The notes beneath the pieces are model-generated. The model did not search any database. It saw only the letters and a list, made by a program, of their open reading frames with translations, and was not told where the DNA came from. Made by a program: the position numbers and the translations under genes. From Chloroflexota bacterium (GTDB lineage: Bacteria > Chloroflexota > Dehalococcoidia > UBA2979), in assembly GCA_027593235.1 (NCBI GenBank), contig JAQCIU010000001.1:167132-231131 (forward strand): a stretch of 64,000 bases of DNA, in the 5' to 3' direction. Shown here piece after piece: positions 53,895 to 63,247 of this stretch; the stretch's first letter is position 1; every line of letters begins with the position of its first letter.

Positions 53895-54389
53895 TTAGCC
53901 CTCGGCGGTGACGCGTTCCTGGTGCTCGCGGTCGGCGCGCTTACCTCGGTAGACGGACATGTCGATCGCGCGCCACACCTCGGGCTCCAGGCGGAAGAGC
54001 ATCCGCGGCTCGGTGCGCATGTTGTCGAAGAACTTGTCGACGGCCTCGGCGTTGGCGCGGTCGCCGCGACCGACGTACTTCTCGGCGAGCATCCTCGAGA
54101 TCGGCCAGATGTCGAACTCCGGCAGCTCGTGCGCCGTCACCGTGCCGTCGATGCCGACGTGCCCGGGCATCGGCGCGCCCGCCTCGATGCAGAGCGACGC
54201 CCGAGGATCGCGTTTCAACTGCTTGCACCAGACGCGGCTCGTGGTGCCCGTGATCCAGATCGCGTCCTCGTGCCAGAGCCACCAGATCGGCACGGTGTAC
54301 GGCCGCCCGTCCTCGCGTAGCGTGGCGATCACGCCGACGAACGGCTGCTGAAGAAACTTGTCGAGGAGTTCCTGGGACATTCGAGGCAT
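53895..54389 (-). CDS. Pyridoxamine 5'-phosphate oxidase (PPOX) family protein
   Basis: FLQQPFVGVIATLREDGRPYTVPIWWLW is a typical PNPOx-like split barrel. Confidence 0.75.
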   Translation of the reverse strand: MPRMSQELLDKFLQQPFVGVIATLREDGRPYTVPIWWLWHEDAIWITGTTSRVWCKQLKRDPRASLCIEAGAPMPGHVGIDGTVTAHELPEFDIWPISRMLAEKYVGRGDRANAEAVDKFFDNMRTEPRMLFRLEPEVWRAIDMSVYRGKRADREHQERVTAEG

Positions 54390-54499
54390 GGCACGCCACC
54401 CGGGCTGCGGTACGAGCTGGTTTCGCGGAGTCTAGCGGGTGCCGGTCGAGGCTCGCCGTTAGACTCACCTCCCAGAGCAAGCGCGGAGGAGGCGGACAT

Positions 54500-55444
54500 A
54501 TGCGAGGCATCGGAGTCACGGAGTTCGGTGGACCCGAGGTCCTCCACATCGTCGATCTGCCCGAGGTGCACGCAGGGCCGGGCGAGGTGCGCCTGCGCAT
54601 CCACGCCGCGACGGTGAACCCGACCGACACCGGCATCCGCGACGGCTCCCGTGAAGAGCGCCTGAAGGTGAACCCGCCGCCGTACATCCCGGGGATGGAC
54701 GCGGCCGGTGTGATCGACGAGATCGGCGAGGGCACGGAGACCGACCTGGCGATCGGCGACGCGGTGATGGCGATGGTGGTGCCTGTCGGCGCGCACGGCG
54801 CGTACCGCGAAAGCATCGTGCTGTCCGCCGACGCGGTGGTCCGCGCGCCCGCGGGCGCGTCGCACGCCGAGGCGTCCACGCTGCCGATGAACGCGCTGAC
54901 GGCTCGCCAGAGCCTTGACCAGCTCGCGCTGCAGCCGGGCCAGACGATCGCCGTCACCGGCGCGGCCGGCTCCTACGGCGGCTACGTCGTGCAGCTCGCG
55001 AAGATCGATGGCCTGCGGGTGATCGCCGACGCATCCGAGGCCGACAAACAGCTCGTGCGCGACCTCGGAGCCGACGTCGTCGTGCCGAGGGGCGACGACA
55101 TCGCCGACCAGATCCGAAAGGTCGCGCCGGACGGCGTCGACGGCCTCGCCGACGGCGCGGTGCAGAACGAGCTGGCAGTTGGCGCGGTGAAGGACGGTGG
55201 CGGCTTCGTCTCGGTGCGCGGCTACGCGGGTAACGAGGAACGCGGCGTCACCTTCCACCGCACGATGGTCGTCAGCTACGACCACCGTGCTGACCTGCTC
55301 AACCAGCTCCGCGAGCAGGTCGAGGCGGGCAAGGTCACGCTGCGCGTCGCCGCCACCTATCCGGCCGAGCAGGCCTCGGACGCGCATGCTCGCCTCGAGG
55401 CTGGCGGCACTCGCGGTCGTTGCGTGATCGTCTTCTCCGAGTGA
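54500..55444 (+). CDS. NADPH:quinone oxidoreductase-like medium-chain dehydrogenase/reductase
   Basis: MRGIGVTEFGGPEVLHIVDLPEVHAGPGEVRLRIHAATVNPTD and VTGAAGSYGGYVVQLAK fit the family. Confidence 0.8.
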   Translation: MRGIGVTEFGGPEVLHIVDLPEVHAGPGEVRLRIHAATVNPTDTGIRDGSREERLKVNPPPYIPGMDAAGVIDEIGEGTETDLAIGDAVMAMVVPVGAHGAYRESIVLSADAVVRAPAGASHAEASTLPMNALTARQSLDQLALQPGQTIAVTGAAGSYGGYVVQLAKIDGLRVIADASEADKQLVRDLGADVVVPRGDDIADQIRKVAPDGVDGLADGAVQNELAVGAVKDGGGFVSVRGYAGNEERGVTFHRTMVVSYDHRADLLNQLREQVEAGKVTLRVAATYPAEQASDAHARLEAGGTRGRCVIVFSE

Positions 55445-55475
55445 TGGATTCGCGTAGCGAACGGCGGTTCGGCCG

Positions 55476-56660
55476 GTGATCGATCTCGAACGCGTCCGTG
55501 CCGACACGCCCGGTGTCGCGGAGGTCGCGCACTTCAACAACGCCGGCGCCGCGCTGATGCCGCAGCCGGTGATCGACGCCGTCATCGATCACATCCAGCT
55601 CGAGGCGCGCATCGGCGGATACGAGGCGGCCGAGCAGCGGTCCGCCGCGCTGGAGCACACCTACGACGCGATCGCCACGCTGCTGAACTGCCGCCGCGAG
55701 GAAGTGGCGCTCCTCGAAAGTGCCACCCGTGCCTGGGACATGGCCTTCTACTCGATGCCGTTCGGTCCGGGCGACCGCATCCTCACCGCGACCTCCGAGT
55801 ACATCGGCAACTACATCGCCTACCTCGAGGTGACCCGAAAGACCGGCGCCGAAGTCGTGCCGGTCTCCGACGACGAGCACGGCCAGCTCGACGTGGACGC
55901 GCTTGCCTCGATGATCGACGAGCGGACGAAGCTGATCGCCGTCACGCACGTGCCGACCAACGGCGGCCTCGTGAACCCCGCGGCCGCGATCGGCCGCGTT
56001 GCGCGCGAGGCGGGCGTGCCGTTTCTCCTCGATGCGTGTCAGTCGGTCGGGCAGATGCCGATCGACGTGCAGGAGATTGGCTGCACGATGCTCTCGGTCA
56101 CGTCGCGGAAGTTCCTGCGCGGCCCGCGCGGCGTCGGCTTCCTCTACATCGACCTCGACTTCGCCCGCCAGCTTGAGCCGATCCTCCTCGATGGTCGCGC
56201 CGCGAACTGGATTGCGCCCGACCGCTACGAGCTGCGTCCGGACGCGCGCCGCTTCGAGGAGTGGGAATCGAACATCGCGAACCGTATCGGCCTCGGCGTG
56301 GCCGTCGACTACGCGCTCGAGGTCGGCCTCGCGCCGACGTACGAGCGCATCCAGACGCTCGCTTCCCAGCTACGCGCGGGCCTCGAGGGCGTGTCCGGCG
56401 TGACCCTTGCGGATCAGGGCGCCGAGCGCTGCGGCATCGTCACCTTCTACGTCGATGGCGTCGCACCCGCCGAGGTGAAGGCCGCACTCCGGGCACAGCG
56501 GATCAACGTGAACACGATCCAGCCCGGCGACACGCTGCTGGACTCGCAACGCCGCGGGCTGCCGGAGCTGGTCCGCTCCTCGGTGCACTACTACAACAGC
56601 GAGGACGAAGTAACGCGGCTGATCGAGGCGGTCGCGGAGCTGGCGCCACCCTCGAGGTAG
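55476..56660 (+). CDS. Class V aminotransferase / cysteine-desulfurase-like PLP enzyme
   Basis: AHFNNAGAALMPQPV ... VTHVPTNGGLVNP ... LSVTSRKFLRGPRG is present, with the PLP lysine in the SxxK context. The start is GTG. Confidence 0.75.
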   Translation: MIDLERVRADTPGVAEVAHFNNAGAALMPQPVIDAVIDHIQLEARIGGYEAAEQRSAALEHTYDAIATLLNCRREEVALLESATRAWDMAFYSMPFGPGDRILTATSEYIGNYIAYLEVTRKTGAEVVPVSDDEHGQLDVDALASMIDERTKLIAVTHVPTNGGLVNPAAAIGRVAREAGVPFLLDACQSVGQMPIDVQEIGCTMLSVTSRKFLRGPRGVGFLYIDLDFARQLEPILLDGRAANWIAPDRYELRPDARRFEEWESNIANRIGLGVAVDYALEVGLAPTYERIQTLASQLRAGLEGVSGVTLADQGAERCGIVTFYVDGVAPAEVKAALRAQRINVNTIQPGDTLLDSQRRGLPELVRSSVHYYNSEDEVTRLIEAVAELAPPSR

Positions 56661-56664
56661 CGCG

Positions 56665-57102
56665 TTACGCCGAGGCCAGCGCCGCGCGGATGCGCTCGGC
56701 GACGGCGTGCTGGTGGGCCTCGTCGTCGTAGGCGTGCCGAGGCCAGAAGAAACCTCGGAGGCCGTCGCCCTTCGTGCGCGGCACGACGTGGACGTGCAGG
56801 TGCGGCACGCTCTGGCTGACCACGTTGTTGATCGAGACGAAGGTCCCCTGTGCCTCCATCGCGACGGGCAGCGCCGCCGCTACCCGCTGCACCGTCTCGA
56901 AGAACGGGCCGACAAGGTCGCCCGGCAACTCCGGCAGCGTCCCCACATGCTCCCGAGGCGAGACGAGCACGTGACCCGGAAACAGCGGCCGGTGATCGAG
57001 GAACGCGACCGCGTGCGGCTCATCGAGGACGATCTCCGCGTTGAGCTGGCCGTCGATGATTCGGCAGAACGTGCAGCTCGCGCGGTCGGCGGATGGCGGC
57101 AC
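56665..57102 (-). CDS. HIT family protein
   Basis: CTFCRII and the histidine triad HLHVHVVPR are present. Confidence 0.9.
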   Translation of the reverse strand: MPPSADRASCTFCRIIDGQLNAEIVLDEPHAVAFLDHRPLFPGHVLVSPREHVGTLPELPGDLVGPFFETVQRVAAALPVAMEAQGTFVSINNVVSQSVPHLHVHVVPRTKGDGLRGFFWPRHAYDDEAHQHAVAERIRAALASA

Positions 57103-57175
57103 GACGGCTCCCCGGGGGTGTACTTACGTGTCGATCGTCAGTTTCGCACGGGGACGGTGACGCGACCCCTCTGCG

Positions 57176-57718
57176 ATGATGGCGCCCATGTTGGAGCCGG
57201 CACCCGGACATTTGCTGGTCGCCAGTCCCCTCCTCGAGGATCCCAATTTCCGACGCACCGTCGTGTTCATCGGCGATCACGGGCCGGATGGCACGTTCGG
57301 CCTGGTACTCAACCGACCACTCGGCATCGATCCCAGCGACGAGGTACCGGAGTGGTCGTCGCTCCTCACCACCCCCTTGACCCTGTTCAGCGGCGGTCCC
57401 GTTTCTCCTGACACGATGATCGGCGTCGGACTGGGCAGCGTCGCGGAACGGGCCGCTCCTGATCCGATCACACTCGTTAATCTGACCGCGTCGCCGGCCG
57501 CTGATCTCGAGCGGGTGCGCCTCTTCGCCGGTCATGCCGGGTGGGGCGCCGGGCAACTCCAGTCCGAACTCGATCAGGAGGCGTGGTTCGTCGTGCACCG
57601 CGCGCCGGGCGACGTCTTCACCGCCGAACCGGAGTTGCTCTGGCAGTCCGTCCTGCGACGACAACCTGGCGAACTGCAAATGCTCAGCTTCTACCCGCGC
57701 GATATCTCTTCGAACTAG
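57176..57718 (+). CDS. YqgE/AlgH (UPF0301) family protein
   Basis: GHLLVASPLLEDPNFRRTVVFIGDHGPDGTFGLVLNRP fits the family. Alternative starts are ATG 57179 and ATG 57188. Confidence 0.8.
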   Translation: MMAPMLEPAPGHLLVASPLLEDPNFRRTVVFIGDHGPDGTFGLVLNRPLGIDPSDEVPEWSSLLTTPLTLFSGGPVSPDTMIGVGLGSVAERAAPDPITLVNLTASPAADLERVRLFAGHAGWGAGQLQSELDQEAWFVVHRAPGDVFTAEPELLWQSVLRRQPGELQMLSFYPRDISSN

Positions 57719-57805
57719 CCCGCGGAGTGACCATCTGCGAGGGCACAAGCCTTCGTCGCGCCGGGCCCGGATCGGGTGCCGAACCGTTTGTCACTTGAGG
57801 GTTTT

Positions 57806-57831
57806 CTACTTTCACGTCTACGTGAAGGTAG
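57806..57831. promoter_or_regulatory. Inverted repeat CTACTTTCACG-TCTA-CGTGAAGGTAG upstream of the MFS gene
   Basis: Read directly. The arms match at 10/11 positions. TAGACT follows at 57835-57840. Confidence 0.4.
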
Positions 57832-57868
57832 GAGTAGACTTTCGGGGTGCGCGGACCGTAGCCGCGAC

Positions 57869-59419
57869 ATGAACAGGACTACCGTGGCCAGCGACTCTTC
57901 ACGTTCGCTTCAGACGGGCCAGATCGTGGCCCCTCCCACCGCGCCACCCGCCACGGGCGGCGCGCCGAACGGTGCCGGTTCAGGCCTCGGGCCTCCCGGA
58001 GGCCCACCGAACGGTCGCGGGGGCGGGATGCCCGGTGGCGGTATGCCCGGTGGTGGCATGGGACGCCCGGGGATGGGCCCACCGATGGGTGGAAACCGCC
58101 CATCGCTGCGCAAGGCGCTCGCTGTCTTCAGCAACCGTGACTACCGGTTCCTCTGGACCTCCTCGCTGGTTTCGTTCACCGGCATGCAGATGCAACAGAT
58201 CGCGCGCGCGGTGCTGGCCTGGGATCTCACCGGCAGCTACTCCTCCGTGGGAGCGGTCTTCCTTTCCTTCGGCGCGCCAATGCTGCTGTTCTCGCTCATG
58301 GGCGGCGCGTTCGCGGATCGCCTGAACAAGCGCAATCTCACCCTGATGACCCAGATCGGCACCGGCGTGCTAATGCTGGTCACGGCGGTCCTGATCGTCA
58401 CCGACATGATTACGATCGAACTGCTGATCATCGTCGGGCTCGCGCAGGGCACGTTCTTTGCCTTCGGGATGCCCGCTCGCTCGCCGCTGATGGCGGTGGT
58501 GGTCGGTCCCGAGCACCTGATGAGCGCGATGGCGCTGCAGAACGCGGCGATGAACATGACCCGCCTCGGCGGACCCGCGATCGCGGGCATCCTGATCGGC
58601 GTCTGGGGCGTCGAGGCCGCCTATTTCACCCAGTCCGGCCTCTACATCGTGAGCGTCGCGCTGCTGCTGATGGTGCCCAGTTCCCGAGGCGTCGCCGAGC
58701 AGGTGAAGCGCGGCAGCATGTTCCGGGAGATCGTCCTCGGTGTGCGTTACGCCTGGGGCGACTCGATCCTGCGGATGCTGCTGATGCTGGCCTTCACGAC
58801 GGCGCTCTTCGCGATGCCGTACCAGATCCTGCTCAACGGCTTCGTTGACGAAGACCTCGGCCGGAGCGAGGGCACCTACGCGTTCCTCCAGATGCTCACC
58901 GGCATCGGCGCTGTGATCGGTTCGTTTGGCGTTGCCGCCTTCACCGAGTACGACCGCAAGCCACTGCTACAACTCGTCTCGGGGCTACTCGGTGCCGCTG
59001 GACTGCTGGTCTTGGGCCTCGGATCGTTCGCGTTCGGCTTCCCGGGCGCGGTCGTCGGCATCCTGATCCTCGGGTTGATGCTGACCATCTACCAGACGCT
59101 GAACCAGACGATGATTATGGCCGCGGCGAAGCCGGAGTATTACGGCCGCGTGATGAGCATGATGATGCTGACCTTCAGCACCATGCCGCTGATGGGCGTC
59201 CCGCTGGGCATCCTGGCGGACCGGGTCGGGGCAACGAACGTCTTCATCGGCCAGGGCGTCCTCGTCGCGGTCGTGCTGGGGCTGCTGGCGCTCATGAACC
59301 GGTCGTACACCTTCGAGCGGCAGGACATGCGCCACGTCAACGACCGCACGCCCTCCGAGGATGCAGCCGGCGCCCAGCCGATCGCGGAGCGCGAGGGCGC
59401 CTCGACCGGAGCGCGCTAG
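57869..59419 (+). CDS. MFS transporter with ~75-aa Gly/Pro/Met-rich N-terminal extension
   Basis: Twelve TM-like segments are present (FRFLWTSSLVSFTGMQM, GGAFADRLNKR). ATG 57869 is chosen. Confidence 0.8.
   Translation: MNRTTVASDSSRSLQTGQIVAPPTAPPATGGAPNGAGSGLGPPGGPPNGRGGGMPGGGMPGGGMGRPGMGPPMGGNRPSLRKALAVFSNRDYRFLWTSSLVSFTGMQMQQIARAVLAWDLTGSYSSVGAVFLSFGAPMLLFSLMGGAFADRLNKRNLTLMTQIGTGVLMLVTAVLIVTDMITIELLIIVGLAQGTFFAFGMPARSPLMAVVVGPEHLMSAMALQNAAMNMTRLGGPAIAGILIGVWGVEAAYFTQSGLYIVSVALLLMVPSSRGVAEQVKRGSMFREIVLGVRYAWGDSILRMLLMLAFTTALFAMPYQILLNGFVDEDLGRSEGTYAFLQMLTGIGAVIGSFGVAAFTEYDRKPLLQLVSGLLGAAGLLVLGLGSFAFGFPGAVVGILILGLMLTIYQTLNQTMIMAAAKPEYYGRVMSMMMLTFSTMPLMGVPLGILADRVGATNVFIGQGVLVAVVLGLLALMNRSYTFERQDMRHVNDRTPSEDAAGAQPIAEREGASTGAR
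58019..58090 (+). repeat. Degenerate tandem 15-bp units (atgcccggtggYggY) encoding GGGMPGGGMPGGGMGRPGMGPPMGG
   Basis: Read directly, in frame with the MFS CDS. Confidence 0.8.
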
Positions 59420-59484
59420 ACGACGGCCGTCAGCCGGTCGCCGTTCAAGACGGGTTTGCGACGCGTGCTCGTCCCAGTTCGCGG

Positions 59485-59748
59485 CTAGTTGATGCTCATT
59501 CGCGCGCGCTGGACGCTTTCGCGCGTGCGCCGCTCGGTGGTGCGGTTGAGCGGGGCGTGCTGGACGCCGGCACAGGCGCCGTCATGCACATAGGTGATCG
59601 CGGGCCGCTGGTGGAGTCGCTTCAGCGGTAGCCGGCAGGGCTCGAAGCGGAAGTTGAACTCCGCGCTGGCGCCGTTCTCGTGCCAGGGGGCGCCTTCCGG
59701 GGCCCCACAGCGCCGGCACGCGATGCAGTGTCGTTCTGGTGTTGCCAT
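59485..59748 (-). CDS. Small Cys-rich protein (CxxCxxC motif), unknown function
   Basis: The translation begins MATPERHCIACRRCGAPEGAPWHENGASAEFNFRFEPCRLP. The frame is GC3-rich and a GAGGGGCGG SD is present. No family was recognised. Confidence 0.5.
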   Translation of the reverse strand: MATPERHCIACRRCGAPEGAPWHENGASAEFNFRFEPCRLPLKRLHQRPAITYVHDGACAGVQHAPLNRTTERRTRESVQRARMSIN

Positions 59749-59800
59749 GGCCGCCCCTCACGTGTGGTGTGTCGGGATAGGCAGTTCGCCAGAATCATAT

Positions 59801-59820
59801 ACGTCATATCAATGACATGG
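59801..59820. promoter_or_regulatory. AT-rich 20-mer ACGTCATATCAATGACATGG containing the palindrome GTCAT-ATCA-ATGAC
   Basis: Read directly, about 53 nt upstream of the minus-strand ATG 59748. It is 16/20 identical to 51395-51414. Confidence 0.35.
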
Positions 59821-59872
59821 GTACCGTGATGGACCGGAGCAGTCGCTCGGCAGCCTGTTCGTCCGCTCCCGC

Positions 59873-60610
59873 CTACACCCCGAGCTTCGAGGCGAGATCG
59901 GGGAAGTCCGAGGCGACGACGTCGAACTCGGGTGCGCCGTCAGCGGCTGGGCCGGGGAACGGCGCGGCTGCCTGGCCGTCGCCGCTCTCCGTCGGGCGGG
60001 GGACGTAGCCGGTGCGGAGGCCGGCGGCCGCAGCGGCGCGCAGGTCGCCGGGGTGACAGGCGACCATCATCGCCTCGTCGGGGGCGACGCCGAGGAGCTT
60101 CACGCCGGCGAGGTATGCCTCCGGATCGGGCTTGTAGTGGTCGAAGACCTCGCACGAGGAGATCGCGTCCCAGGAGAGGCCGTTGTGCTTCGAGCAGTCG
60201 ACGACGATCGCGAAGCTGAGCACCGTGAGCACCGTCGTGGTGTAGCGGGTGCGGAGCCGCGGGAGCACCTCGGGGAAGTCGGGCCACGCCTGGAGGCGGT
60301 GCCAGATCGTGTTCAGCTCGTCCTTGTCGGACTCGGACAGCGCGAGCGCGGCGTGGTTCGGTGCGACCACATCGAGGGCGCGCCGGTGCAGTTCGTCGGC
60401 GTTCATCCAGGGGAGCGCGCCGGATCGCACCTGCCCGAGCTGCATAAACATCTCGCGACGCCACTCGTTCGCGAACTTCGGAGCATCGACCTCGACGCCG
60501 CGTGTCGAGGCGAGGCGCGCGACCTCGTCGCGGATGCCGTGGTGCCAGTCGAAGACGGTGCCGCCGACATCGAAGGTCAGCGCGCGGATTCGGGTCAGAT
60601 CGAAGGTCAT
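59873..60610 (-). CDS. HAD-superfamily hydrolase, 2-haloacid dehalogenase (type II)-like
   Basis: ALTFDVGGTVFDW is a DxYGT-like motif I with a single Asp, and KPDPEAY is also present. ATG 60610 is chosen over the track start at 60793. Confidence 0.7.
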   Translation of the reverse strand: MTFDLTRIRALTFDVGGTVFDWHHGIRDEVARLASTRGVEVDAPKFANEWRREMFMQLGQVRSGALPWMNADELHRRALDVVAPNHAALALSESDKDELNTIWHRLQAWPDFPEVLPRLRTRYTTTVLTVLSFAIVVDCSKHNGLSWDAISSCEVFDHYKPDPEAYLAGVKLLGVAPDEAMMVACHPGDLRAAAAAGLRTGYVPRPTESGDGQAAAPFPGPAADGAPEFDVVASDFPDLASKLGV

Positions 60611-60718
60611 GTGAGTCTCCTTGGAGCGGATGATAGGCCGCGGCGGCGACGAGGTTGGACTTGTGGGCGAGAATGGGCGTCCGTTCGCCGTTGAGCGGGA
60701 TCGCTGAAGGGCCCGCGG

Positions 60719-61180
60719 ATGCCGGCGTGGCGCGAGATTCAGAACGCAGAGCCGGAGTTCGCGGCGCAGGTGCAGCGCGTCTTCGACGCGCATTTACATA
60801 AGACGATGGCAACGCTGCGCCTCGATGGTGGCCCGCGCATCAGCGGCACCGAAGCAACGTTCAAGGACGGTGAGCTGTGGTTGGGCATGCTGGCCACATC
60901 GAGGAAGGCGCAGGACCTGGCCCGCGACGGGCGAGTGGCGCTGCACAGCGCGACGGTCGATGCGGAGATGAGCGAGGGCGACGCGAAGCTCTCGGCGGTC
61001 GCGGTGCGCGAGACCGACGCGGCGAAGCTGGCAGCGGCGTTCGGCGAGGCTGAGGACGGCTCGATCTTCTTCCGACTCGACATCCACGAAGTGGCACTGA
61101 CGCAGCCCAGTGACTCGGCCGGGCTGGCTGTGAGCAGTTGGAACGCGACGCGGGGGCTGCGCGCGCTGGTCGGCGGCTGA
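60719..61180 (+). CDS. PPOX-family (pyridoxamine 5'-phosphate oxidase-like) protein
   Basis: HKTMATLRLDGGPRISGTEATFKDGELWLGMLATSRKAQDLARDGRVALHS fits the family. Confidence 0.65.
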   Translation: MPAWREIQNAEPEFAAQVQRVFDAHLHKTMATLRLDGGPRISGTEATFKDGELWLGMLATSRKAQDLARDGRVALHSATVDAEMSEGDAKLSAVAVRETDAAKLAAAFGEAEDGSIFFRLDIHEVALTQPSDSAGLAVSSWNATRGLRALVGG

Positions 61181-61371
61181 GGGCGTCCAGACCGTGTCCA
61201 GGCGCGGCCCACCTCGCCAGATCGGCGTGGCGCACCTGCCTGGATGGGCGATGGCGGCCGCATCGGGCGGTGTCACGATGACGGCATGACGAACGACCGG
61301 TTCCCGCCCTCGCACGAGCGGCGCTGTCCCCAGCCCCCGGTTCACACCCCCGCGGGCGGTAGGATTCGCAG

Positions 61372-63213
61372 ATGGGGATGATGGGCGGCGGCGGGCGAAG
61401 AACCCGCGACGGCAGACCAGAGGGACCGAAGCGGAGCATTCTCTTCCGCGCGGCGGGTCGGTTCCGACCGTACCGCTGGCACTCGCTCGCCCTCGTGGTG
61501 CTCGTGTCGCTGACGGTGGGGCTCAGCCTCTTCTCGCTCACTGTGCTCGCCGGCCTCGTCGGGGAGATGACGAAGCCGGACGGTTCCAAATCGAACCTGA
61601 CGCGGTTGTTCCTGACGTACGGCGGGCTGATCGCGCTCGGCGGGTTCCTCGGCGTGGCCGAGTCGTACGTGAATCAGCTCATCGGTCAGGGCGTGATGCA
61701 CCGGCTGCGCACCGACCTGCACGATCACCTGCAACGCGTATCCGTGCGCTTCTACACCTCGAACCGAACGGGCGAGATCCTGTCGCGTGTCGGTACCGAC
61801 GTGAACGCGGTACAGGGCTCGGTCACCGGGACGTTCACCGAGTTCCTGACGAACATCCTGACACTGGTCATCGCCTTCGGGATCATGCTCTCGATCGAGT
61901 GGCGACTGGCGATCGCGACGCTGGTGATCCTGCCGCTCTGGGTGCTGCCCACCGTGCGCGTTGGCCTGGTGATGCGACGGCTGATGCGCGAATGGCACGA
62001 CGAGATGGGCGAGATGACCGCCCACCTGGAAGAGACGCTGTCCGTCTCCGGTTCGATGCTGGTGAAGTCGTTCGGGCGCGTTGATCACGAGCGCGAGCGA
62101 TTTGCGCGGTCGAACGATTCGCTGCAGTCGTTGTCGATTCGCCGAATGATGGCCGGTCGCTGGTTCAACATGGGGACCGGCCTCTTTGGCGCGATCATTC
62201 CGGGCATCGCTTACTGGTACCTCGGCGGCAAGGTGCTGGACGGCGGGATCGGGGTCACCGAGGTGGTGGCTTTCGCGATGCTGGCTCAGCGTGTCTTTGG
62301 CCCATTCGCCAGTATCGCGCGAATCAACACGACGCTGCTCTCCTCGCTGGCGCTCTTCGAGCGGATCTTCGAGTACCTCGATCTGCCGGTCGAGGTCGAG
62401 GAGAAGGACGACGCGCAAACGCTGGAGCACCCACGCGGCGCGCTGGCCTTCGATGCGGTGACCTTCGGCTACGTACCCGGCCGGAACGCGCTGGGGGATG
62501 TCACGTTCGAGGCGGCGCCGGGCTCGATGCTGGCACTGGTCGGACCTTCGGGCGCGGGCAAGACGACCGTTACCTATCTGATTCAGCGCTTCTATGACCC
62601 GGTGTCGGGCGCGATTCGCCTCGATGGGCACGATCTCCGCGATCTGACGCTCGATTCGGTCAGCCGCACCGTCGGTGCGGTGATGCAGGACACCTATCTC
62701 TTCCACAGCTCGCTGATGGAGAACATCCGTTACGGACGGCTGGACGCGACCGACACCGAGGTGCGCGCCGCCGCCGATGCCGCGGGCCTGGAGGAGATGA
62801 TCGACCGGCTCTCGGATGGCCTCGACACCGTCGTCGGTGAGCGCGGCTACCGGCTGTCCGGTGGTGAGAAGCAGCGCGTGGCGATCGCGCGGGCGATCCT
62901 CAAGGATCCGCCGGTGCTGATCCTCGATGAGGCGACCGCTTCGCTGGACTCACGCCTCGAGCGCGTGATCCGCGAGGCGATGGAGCAACTGGCGGCGGGC
63001 CGCACGACGGTCGTGATCGCGCACCGGCTCTCCACGGTGCTGAAGGCGGACCAGATCCTGGTGCTCGATCAGGGCCGCGTCGTGGAGCGCGGACGGCACG
63101 AGGAGCTGCTGGCCCTCGGTGGGTTGTACGCCTCGCTGTACCGCGAGCAGTTCGAGGACGCGACACGCGCCGCCGCGGAGGCCGAGGCGGCTGGCGTGAC
63201 CGGCGGCGACTAG
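61372..63213 (+). CDS. ABC exporter, fused transmembrane and ATP-binding domains (MsbA-like)
   Basis: Six N-terminal TM segments are followed by Walker A GPSGAGKTT, the signature LSGGEKQRVAIARA and Walker B LILDEATS. Confidence 0.9.
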   Translation: MGMMGGGGRRTRDGRPEGPKRSILFRAAGRFRPYRWHSLALVVLVSLTVGLSLFSLTVLAGLVGEMTKPDGSKSNLTRLFLTYGGLIALGGFLGVAESYVNQLIGQGVMHRLRTDLHDHLQRVSVRFYTSNRTGEILSRVGTDVNAVQGSVTGTFTEFLTNILTLVIAFGIMLSIEWRLAIATLVILPLWVLPTVRVGLVMRRLMREWHDEMGEMTAHLEETLSVSGSMLVKSFGRVDHERERFARSNDSLQSLSIRRMMAGRWFNMGTGLFGAIIPGIAYWYLGGKVLDGGIGVTEVVAFAMLAQRVFGPFASIARINTTLLSSLALFERIFEYLDLPVEVEEKDDAQTLEHPRGALAFDAVTFGYVPGRNALGDVTFEAAPGSMLALVGPSGAGKTTVTYLIQRFYDPVSGAIRLDGHDLRDLTLDSVSRTVGAVMQDTYLFHSSLMENIRYGRLDATDTEVRAAADAAGLEEMIDRLSDGLDTVVGERGYRLSGGEKQRVAIARAILKDPPVLILDEATASLDSRLERVIREAMEQLAAGRTTVVIAHRLSTVLKADQILVLDQGRVVERGRHEELLALGGLYASLYREQFEDATRAAAEAEAAGVTGGD

Positions 63214-63247
63214 CCGCGGTGCGTCGGCCGTTGGCCGGCCTCGAGGG

